Virus record (IMG/VR): IMGVR_UViG_3300047312_000028
Coordinates: 64,001 to 128,000 of that record
Length of the DNA stretch: 64,000 nt
Direction: 5' to 3' (one strand)
Source: a virus
Below, piece by piece: positions 57,500 through 64,000 of this stretch. The notes under the pieces are model-generated. The model worked only from the letters and a program-made list of their open reading frames with translations, searched no databases and was not told the origin of the DNA. The position numbers and the translations under genes were made by a program. Positions within the stretch are counted from its first letter, which is position 1. The number at the start of each line of letters is the position of its first letter.

Positions 57500-59172
57500 A
57501 TTGGTTTTATGAAAAGAACAACGAACTCTTAGAGTCACCCGTCAACAAGACGTTTGAAGAACTCTTGTGGATGACGAAAGATGAATTCAGACAATGGGTG
57601 ATTGATCTCCGCAAGACGGTGGTATACCTATGGGATGAGAAAGGCCAGCCACCTCGTGTTGGATATAACGAGAATGAAATTATCGAACAGTTCAACGATC
57701 TTGAGCCATTCATGGTCGATAGCTTCTTGAAACTTGATGAATACACAGGCGACAAGAATATCATTCGCAACACATCCAATCTTGGTAACGCGGTCAATCA
57801 GTTCTTCCCTACTATGATGAAGACTCGTATCAACTACACAAAAGACCCAAGTGCAGGTAAGTCCATCTATGACTTCTTCGCAAAGCCAGAGCTACTTGAT
57901 ACATTCATCACGTATGCTTCGCGGCACTTTAAGCGCGACAGCTTCTATCATTACTCTGTACCAATCAAGACGTTTGATCGAACGCGCATGGGATTGCTGC
58001 CAGTGACACAGACTGGTATTGAGTGGATCAAAGAGTTTGAAGCTGGTGTATTCAGAAAGAAGAACTGGGACTACTGGCTGGCGCCACGAGAAATTGAATC
58101 AGAATACACAGGTTACAACGAAGACCTGAAAGGCCAGTCCTACCTTCGTGTAACCAAACAAGAACTCGACACACTCACTGTACCCGACAAATGCAAGACT
58201 AATGTTCGAGAACTCAAAGACAATGAATCATTCTTGATCCGTGTGTTTGAGAAGGGACAGAAAGTATTCCCTATCGGTCTCAAAGCGTTTCGTGTCTCGT
58301 TCTGTCAATACGCTGTGAACTTCCCACCGTTGACTGCAAAGTTCATTTATGAGAAGTATACCCAAGAGTGGAAAGATGAATCGATGATCTATGTCTGGGA
58401 CCCATCGTCTGGTTGGGGTGGTCGTTTGCTCGGTGCATTGTCTGTTGCCGATACTTTGCGACTCACCTACCTAGGCAACGATCCTAATACCGATCATAAC
58501 ATCGGTCACGGGAAGACGAAGTATCACGCTATTGCCGACTTCTATCATGAACATGTGCAGAAGGGCGGCGGGACCATGATGAAGTATGCAGAAAGTCCAC
58601 GACCGCATAACAAGTTCGTCTTCTGGCAGAAGGGTTCTGAGGAGATGCAGTATGAACTTGAGTTTCTGAAGTATAAAGGAAAGTTGAGTCTGGTATTCAC
58701 AAGTCCTCCGTACTTTGCCAAAGAAGCGTATTCAGAAGACAAAGAGCAATCTTATAAGAAGTTTTCACAGTATGATCTGTGGCGCGATGGTTTTTTACAA
58801 GAAACACTCAAGACCGCAGTTGAATGGTTGCGCCCAGGCGGATATCTCGCGTGGAACATTGCCGATGCAGACTTTGGTGGGCAGACACTTCCACTAGAAG
58901 GAGATTCGCGTAAGTTCCTTGAAGATGCCGGTATGATCTACGTTGAGACTATGAAAATGTCACTCGCACAGATGCCTGGCGGTAATCGACTTGACACTGT
59001 TACCGGTTTGCCGAAAGCTAAGAACTTCTGCAAAGTCGATGGATTGTGGCTGAAGTACGAACCCATCTTTATCTATCGCAAACCCGGCACATCCGGCGCA
59101 CAACGGCGCAAAGAGACAACACCCGACAGACAGATCATAGTCAGACCTCCGGCAGGGAAGCTAGACTTTTGA
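57496..59172 (+). CDS. SAM-dependent DNA amino-methyltransferase-like protein (N4-C/N6-A)
   Basis: Motif I WDPSSGWGGR followed by motif IV FTSPPYF; long N-terminal region. Confidence 0.8.
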   Translation: MNWFYEKNNELLESPVNKTFEELLWMTKDEFRQWVIDLRKTVVYLWDEKGQPPRVGYNENEIIEQFNDLEPFMVDSFLKLDEYTGDKNIIRNTSNLGNAVNQFFPTMMKTRINYTKDPSAGKSIYDFFAKPELLDTFITYASRHFKRDSFYHYSVPIKTFDRTRMGLLPVTQTGIEWIKEFEAGVFRKKNWDYWLAPREIESEYTGYNEDLKGQSYLRVTKQELDTLTVPDKCKTNVRELKDNESFLIRVFEKGQKVFPIGLKAFRVSFCQYAVNFPPLTAKFIYEKYTQEWKDESMIYVWDPSSGWGGRLLGALSVADTLRLTYLGNDPNTDHNIGHGKTKYHAIADFYHEHVQKGGGTMMKYAESPRPHNKFVFWQKGSEEMQYELEFLKYKGKLSLVFTSPPYFAKEAYSEDKEQSYKKFSQYDLWRDGFLQETLKTAVEWLRPGGYLAWNIADADFGGQTLPLEGDSRKFLEDAGMIYVETMKMSLAQMPGGNRLDTVTGLPKAKNFCKVDGLWLKYEPIFIYRKPGTSGAQRRKETTPDRQIIVRPPAGKLDF

Positions 59173-59176
59173 GCAA

Positions 59177-59189
59177 TATCAATGACTTA
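59177..59189 (+). promoter_or_regulatory. IHF consensus site (WATCAANNNNTTR)
   Basis: TATCAATGACTTA, about 40 bp upstream of a -35 box. Confidence 0.5.
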
Positions 59190-59228
59190 CCCTCCAACAT
59201 TATAATCCTCTAATCTTCACACAATTTC

Positions 59229-59257
59229 TTGACTAACCCCCTATGCTCTGATATTCT
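59229..59257 (+). promoter_or_regulatory. Sigma70-type promoter TTGACT-17-TATTCT
   Basis: Boxes at 59229-34 and 59252-57. Confidence 0.65.
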
Positions 59258-59266
59258 CTAACCATA

Positions 59267-61774
59267 ATGAGCAACAAAATAGGGGAGACAAAAAGCATGT
59301 TCACAGTCGAAACAAAAAGCATGTTGGCAAAGTTGATGGCGACTGAGAATATCAAGGTCGAACATCGAAACTGCAAGACAGCGGGATTCAATCTGAAGAC
59401 CCGCACCTTGATTTGCCCAATCTGGAAAGACATGTCAGGTGATCTGTATGACATGTTGATGGGTCATGAAATCTCACATGCTCTTCGTACCCCTGTTGAT
59501 GGTTGGCACGATTCAGTTGTCTACGCTGGCGGCGACAAGAAAGCGAGCCCGGAAGCTCAACGCGCATTCAAGCATTTCCTGAACGTTGCTGAAGATGCAC
59601 GAATTGAAAAGCTTGTGAAGCGCCAGTATCCCGGCATTCGTCGACCCATGGTCAATGCGTACAAAGAACTGCTAGCAAAAGACTTCTTCGGTCTTTCTGC
59701 CATCACAAATTTCAATGAACTCTATTTGATCGATAAGCTGAATCTTGCCGCGAAGTGTGGAACTCTTGTAAACATTCGCTTCTACGGCAAAGAAAAAGCA
59801 CTCTATGATGAAATGATGGGCACAGAGACATGGGATGAAGTGGTCGCGTTCACGCGCAAAGTGTACGAATATAGCAAAGAAGAACAGCAACAAGGCGAAC
59901 AGAAGCGCAAAGAGCTTGCCGATCATTTGAAAGAAATGTATGAGCAGGAGCAAGCTGAAGAGGACGAACAATGCGACGATGACGAAGATTCTTATTCTTT
60001 TGAGGGTGAAGGCGACGATGAAGACGGCGAAGAAGGTGAGGATGGCGACAGCGACGGAGAGAGTGATGAAGATGAAGACGGCGAAGATGGCGACGGAAAA
60101 GGTGAAGATGGGGAAGACGGAGAAGAAGGCGATGGTAAGAAAAGTAAGTCAAAGGGTGAAAATGCCAAAGATGACAAAGAAAAGAAAGCTGATGACAAAG
60201 CAGTAGACAAAAAGAAAGATGACGGCAAGGGAAATCGAAGCAAGAAGTCTGATTCGACAAAACCGGCTCAGGTTGGCGAAGATAAGGGTCAAGAGAACTC
60301 GAACGAGAAAGGCGACTTTGTTCCTAAAGCAAAGACAGATGAAGCGTTCCGTGCTCGTGAGGAACGATTGATCGAAAAGACCAAGACTGAATCATATTAT
60401 GTAAATATTCCTCTAGTCACGTTGAAGGATGTTGTAGCTCCTGCGGAGATCGTGAATCGTGGGCTCACGTACTACTACGCGGCGCGAAAAGAAGAAGGAT
60501 ACAAGCTCTTCAACGAATTCAAGAAGAAGAATGAGGACTATATCTCATTGCTGGCAAAAGAATTTGAAATGAAGAAAGCTGCACGATCATATGCGAAAGC
60601 GAAGATTTCAGATTCGGGCGATATCAATATCAACAAGCTGGCAAACTATCGCATGGAAGATAACATCTTCAAGAAGATGATTCAGGTTCATAAAGGTAAG
60701 TCTCACGGTCTAGTCTTGATTCTCGACAAATCTGGTTCGATGCACCAGCACATTGAAGGGGCAATGGAACAGATTCTTGTCATGGCGCTCTTCTGTCGTA
60801 AGGTCAATATCCCGTTCGTTGCGTATAGCTTCACAAGCAGTGGGTGTGGTTCGATGGAACATGACTTTCCAGGACGTGGACATGGATCAAAGAATCCTTT
60901 AAGACCATTCAGCAAGCGCCCCCTCGACATGATAATGGGCAATCTTGAACTTCGTGAAATGTTCAACTCAAAGATGCCCGCTAGCGAGTTTACACAATCA
61001 ATTATGAACCACTTGATGGTAGCGAAAGCGTTATCAAGTCGCCAAGGGTATTCAGCACCCAATCATGAACGCATGGGCGGCACCCCGCTGAACGAAGCGT
61101 TGGTAGCCTTGCGTGATCTGATTCGCCAGTTCAAAGGTCAACATCGATTAGATATCGTGAATGCTGTAGTCGTGCATGACGGCGATTCTGATGGTAACAG
61201 CAGAGCCTTTGCTGAGAATAGCAATACCAAGGGCAACGAGGGCGACCATTCGTATTCATACAACACAATCCATTTTCATCCAGAAATCAATCGTCTGACT
61301 CTTGTGGACACGAAAGAGAAGATCCAGATTGATGTGCCGAAAGAAAGCCGGGGCCTCACGATTGCATTGATGAAGTGGATTCAGATGACCGCCGATTGTG
61401 GAGTCTTCGGATTCTACATCACAGGCGCTACAGCATCGACGGCACGTGGTGGGATCATGAATCTCTTTCAGAATGAGCAGGGAATTAAATTAGAGCATGT
61501 GCGCAAGCATAATACAAATGAAGCGGGGATGTTGATTGACAAGCTCTGCCGCGAAGTGATCGAAAAGAAGTTCCTTGAATCATGGACTTCAGGCTACACG
61601 CGGTTCTATTTCATTCCCGGTTCAGTTGAGTTGAAGACCGAGAATCTTCAGATGGTTGAGAACGGCAAGGGTTGGACCCCTTCGCGTCTTCTGACGGCGT
61701 TTAAGCGGGTCAATCGACGTAAACAAGTGTCTCGCGTTCTCGTGAACAAGTTTATTGAGCTAATCGCCGTCTAA
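59267..61774 (+). CDS. HExxH metallopeptidase-like domain + acidic linker + vWA domain (CobT-like partner of MoxR ATPase); start may be ATG 59297
   Basis: GHEISHAL, NVAEDARIE, D/E-rich linker, LDKSGSM MIDAS, GGTPLNEA, HDGDS. Confidence 0.8.
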   Translation: MSNKIGETKSMFTVETKSMLAKLMATENIKVEHRNCKTAGFNLKTRTLICPIWKDMSGDLYDMLMGHEISHALRTPVDGWHDSVVYAGGDKKASPEAQRAFKHFLNVAEDARIEKLVKRQYPGIRRPMVNAYKELLAKDFFGLSAITNFNELYLIDKLNLAAKCGTLVNIRFYGKEKALYDEMMGTETWDEVVAFTRKVYEYSKEEQQQGEQKRKELADHLKEMYEQEQAEEDEQCDDDEDSYSFEGEGDDEDGEEGEDGDSDGESDEDEDGEDGDGKGEDGEDGEEGDGKKSKSKGENAKDDKEKKADDKAVDKKKDDGKGNRSKKSDSTKPAQVGEDKGQENSNEKGDFVPKAKTDEAFRAREERLIEKTKTESYYVNIPLVTLKDVVAPAEIVNRGLTYYYAARKEEGYKLFNEFKKKNEDYISLLAKEFEMKKAARSYAKAKISDSGDININKLANYRMEDNIFKKMIQVHKGKSHGLVLILDKSGSMHQHIEGAMEQILVMALFCRKVNIPFVAYSFTSSGCGSMEHDFPGRGHGSKNPLRPFSKRPLDMIMGNLELREMFNSKMPASEFTQSIMNHLMVAKALSSRQGYSAPNHERMGGTPLNEALVALRDLIRQFKGQHRLDIVNAVVVHDGDSDGNSRAFAENSNTKGNEGDHSYSYNTIHFHPEINRLTLVDTKEKIQIDVPKESRGLTIALMKWIQMTADCGVFGFYITGATASTARGGIMNLFQNEQGIKLEHVRKHNTNEAGMLIDKLCREVIEKKFLESWTSGYTRFYFIPGSVELKTENLQMVENGKGWTPSRLLTAFKRVNRRKQVSRVLVNKFIELIAV

Positions 61775-61812
61775 GTGTACAAAAATGTACAGAAAATACG
61801 TGGTATTTGAGC

Positions 61813-61841
61813 TTGACTTTGTGGTGTGTCTTTGTTAGACT
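61813..61841 (+). promoter_or_regulatory. Sigma70-type promoter TTGACT-17-TAGACT
   Basis: Boxes at 61813-18 and 61836-41. Confidence 0.7.
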
Positions 61842-61880
61842 TCTACCAGATTGACACACATATCAACAAAAGGAGCGAAT

Positions 61881-63116
61881 ATGACAGAGCGAATTGAATC
61901 CCGTGACAAGTTTCTGGCTCTCTTAGTCTCGACTGGCAAGAGTGTCATTACGAAACAAGAGATACGGGACTTGTGTGAAGCGAATGATATGAAGGTCCCT
62001 CAGTGGTTCACGAAAGACGATGTGAACCGCGCGGGTCGCGGGATGTTCAGAGTGCCAGGTGTCCCAGTGTCAATCACAGCAGATAATCACGTATCAACTC
62101 AAGAAGAGAAAGAGGAGGAGATTGTGGAACAAGTTGCTATGCAGCCGTTGGCATTGGCGCCTGTGACAAAGAAACTCAAGATTGCGACGATTGCAACCGA
62201 TCTTGAAGAGCAGGGGATTATCCCGCTCAAGTATAAGAACTATGTTCCCTTCGGCAACTTTGATGATCTGAAGGCGATCATTCTTTCTCGACAGTTCTAC
62301 CCCGTGTTCATCACAGGCCCGTCTGGTAACGGCAAGAGCTTGTCAGTTGAGCAGGTCTGTGCAATGCTCGGGCGTGAATATGTGTGTGTTAGTATGACGC
62401 CTGAGACTGATGAAGGTGACTTGCTCGGCAACTACATCTTGCTTGACAATCAGATGATTTGGCGAGACGGTGCAGTGACTACAGCGGCTCGACGTGGCGC
62501 GGTTCTTTGTATCGATGAAATTGACTACGGCGCACAGAATCTTTCGTGTCTGCAACGAGTGCTTGAAGGAAAGCCGTTCTTGCTTAAGAAGAAAGGCGAA
62601 CTTGTGACCCCGGCTCCTGGGTTCCAGATCATTGCGACTGCGAACACAAAGGGGAAGGGATCTGAAGACGGACGCTACATGTTCACGAACGTCTTGAATG
62701 AATCGTTCCTTGAGCGATTCCCTATCACGTTCGAGCAAGAATGGGCGCCGAACAATGTTGAGCGACGTATTATCAAGAAAGAACTCGAAACGTCTGGTCG
62801 TGAGGATGATGACTTTGCGATGAACTTGGTCACCTGGGCTAGCACGATTCGCAAGGCCTACGAAGAAGAAGGTGCTTCAAGTGAAGTAGTCTCGACTCGT
62901 AGACTGGTGCACATTGCCCGTGCGTATCCGATATTCAACGGAGATCGTATCAAGGCCATCACGTATTGTTTGAACCGATTCGATGAAGAAACCAAGAAGT
63001 CATTCATCGATTTGTACACGAAGGTGGATGCCAGCGTGACTGTGAACAATACAGTGAACTCTACCGATCCGAGTGCGATACCAGACCCTGATGCGGCGAC
63101 TATAGTGGTAACATAA
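61881..63116 (+). CDS. MoxR/CobS-like AAA+ ATPase
   Basis: Start at ATG 61881 (AAGGAG RBS); GPSGNGKS, LCIDEID, ATANTKG, FLERF, STRRL. Confidence 0.9.
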   Translation: MTERIESRDKFLALLVSTGKSVITKQEIRDLCEANDMKVPQWFTKDDVNRAGRGMFRVPGVPVSITADNHVSTQEEKEEEIVEQVAMQPLALAPVTKKLKIATIATDLEEQGIIPLKYKNYVPFGNFDDLKAIILSRQFYPVFITGPSGNGKSLSVEQVCAMLGREYVCVSMTPETDEGDLLGNYILLDNQMIWRDGAVTTAARRGAVLCIDEIDYGAQNLSCLQRVLEGKPFLLKKKGELVTPAPGFQIIATANTKGKGSEDGRYMFTNVLNESFLERFPITFEQEWAPNNVERRIIKKELETSGREDDDFAMNLVTWASTIRKAYEEEGASSEVVSTRRLVHIARAYPIFNGDRIKAITYCLNRFDEETKKSFIDLYTKVDASVTVNNTVNSTDPSAIPDPDAATIVVT

Positions 63117-63123
63117 AAAGTTC

Positions 63124-63152
63124 TTGACAGTTCGTCCGAGTTGTGTTATCAT
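63124..63152 (+). promoter_or_regulatory. Sigma70-type promoter TTGACA-17-TATCAT
   Basis: Boxes at 63124-29 and 63147-52, TG extension. Confidence 0.8.
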
Positions 63153-63159
63153 GCGTCAT

Positions 63160-63250
63160 TGAATGTACATGCTGCCGCCTGAAAGAGTGCAGCATTAAAC
63201 AAATTGAGGGTGGATCGACCTCCTTTTCGATCCGTTAAACAATGAGGTGT
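63160..63250 (+). ncRNA. Structured 5' leader or small RNA with two hairpins, one carrying an anti-SD loop
   Basis: ATGCTGC/GCAGCAT and GGATCGA/TCGATCC stems; second loop is CCTCCTTT. Confidence 0.45.
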
Positions 63251-63254
63251 TTTG

Positions 63255-63539
63255 ATGGCGAAGGTAGCAAAGGTTTCTGGCAAGTCACGCATTTTGGCAT
63301 TCTTGCAGAAGACTGAGGGTTACAACACTCTCAGCGTCCGTCAGGCTCAAGCCCGCTTTAGAGTTGCAAACGTGTCAGCAACGATTGCGAAGCTCAGAGC
63401 AGAAGGATATTCCATCTACACAAACACGCGCAAGCGTGGCGATGGAAGTGCAGTGGCAGTGTATCGCTTGGGTCGTCCGTCTGCGTCCTTTATTGCGCAG
63501 TGTGAATTGCGGAACGTCACCCCGAAGGGCACGAACTAA
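63255..63539 (+). CDS. Winged helix-turn-helix DNA-binding protein
   Basis: ILAFL...LSV.QAQARF.V.NVSATI.KLR.EGY.IYT...YRLG; GAGGTG RBS. Confidence 0.75.
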   Translation: MAKVAKVSGKSRILAFLQKTEGYNTLSVRQAQARFRVANVSATIAKLRAEGYSIYTNTRKRGDGSAVAVYRLGRPSASFIAQCELRNVTPKGTN

Positions 63540-63569
63540 TCCAAGTTCGTTTCTGTCCTTCTAGTAGTC

Positions 63570-63605
63570 GGCGGAGGTCTCCAATCGGGGGCCTCCGCTT
63601 TGTTT
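63570..63605 (+). terminator. Rho-independent terminator
   Basis: GCGGAGGTCTCC-AATC-GGGGGCCTCCGC-TTTGTTT. Confidence 0.85.
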
Positions 63606-63625
63606 CGTCTTCTGGAGAACCCACC

Positions 63626-64000
63626 ATGACTCAATCATTTAGAAAATGGGACCTGCGTTTCATCGAACTCGCCAAACATATTTCCACATGGTCAAAAGAT
63701 CCCAGCACTCAGCTAGGTTCAGTGATCGTTGACAAGCGCAATCGAGTTATCTCTATGGGGTACAACGGTTTCCCTCGTGGCGTGAAAGACACACCTGAAC
63801 GACTGAATACCAGAGAAGTCAAATATAAGATGATCGTTCATGGTGAAATGAATGCCCTAGTGTTCGCAACGCAACCCCTCAAGGGAACCACCATGTACAT
63901 CTGGCCGTTTATTTCATGCTCTACATGCACAGCGGTTATTATCAATGCGGGTATACAACGAGTCGTAGCACCTGTGAATGACAACCCACGATGGAAAGAA
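63626..64000 (+). CDS. cd: dCMP deaminase (truncated by the window end; not in the ORF track)
   Basis: Manual translation MTQSFRKWDLRFIELAKHISTWSKDPSTQLG...GYNGFPRG...HGEMNA...SCSTC. Confidence 0.9.
   Translation, partial: MTQSFRKWDLRFIELAKHISTWSKDPSTQLGSVIVDKRNRVISMGYNGFPRGVKDTPERLNTREVKYKMIVHGEMNALVFATQPLKGTTMYIWPFISCSTCTAVIINAGIQRVVAPVNDNPRWKE

Noticed and set aside
59940-60260. Low-complexity GA-rich tract as a DNA repeat element
   Set aside because: It encodes the Asp/Glu/Lys-rich linker of the peptidase-vWA protein
63210-63228. 16S rRNA 3'-end-like sequence as an rRNA gene fragment
   Set aside because: Only ~15 nt match, with no other rRNA sequence; treated as a regulatory motif instead
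782-63564. The many 60-185-aa minus-strand and nested ORFs in the track
   Set aside because: They overlap well-supported + strand genes and show no recognisable motifs; most are antisense shadows of biased codon usage
1-64000. tRNA genes or genetic-code reassignment
   Set aside because: Intergenic gaps are short with no cloverleaf seen; core genes are full-length under the standard code and use all three stop codons

Overview
This window is a 64-kb segment of a large T4-like (myovirus) phage genome, and essentially all genes lie on the + strand. It begins with the baseplate wedge (gp25, gp6, gp7-like, gp8) and a 2069-aa VrlC/DUF4815-like structural protein. A ~16-kb fibre/receptor-binding region follows: four paralogous 600-780-aa fibre proteins, a 1642-aa repetitive coiled-coil fibre and three paralogous ~280-aa proteins. 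Next come the neck/tail/terminase genes (gp13-gp19, with an IscA Fe-S carrier inserted after gp13), portal, an expanded prohead-core region, gp21/22/23, gp3, uvsY, uvsW, gp55, gp47/46 and peptide deformylase. The window ends with a candidate DNA-hypermodification cluster (GNAT-like/2OG-Fe(II) oxygenase fusion, PLP enzyme, SLOG protein, amino-methyltransferase), a peptidase-vWA/MoxR AAA pair, a wHTH gene with a structured leader, and a truncated dCMP deaminase. The gene order is of the cyanophage/environmental T4-like type. Late promoters read (C/T)ATAAATA, and sigma70-type promoters appear from ~44.9 kb onward. The most notable observations are: (1) head-core polyproteins of small basic modules separated by gp21-type cleavage sites; (2) the modification cluster; (3) two endonuclease-type insertions, each flanked by a synonymously recoded duplicate of the upstream gene's 3' end; (4) a leader displaying a 16S-like anti-SD sequence in a hairpin loop; (5) tandem arrays of paralogous receptor-binding proteins. 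All family calls rest on motif recognition and synteny; no searches were run.
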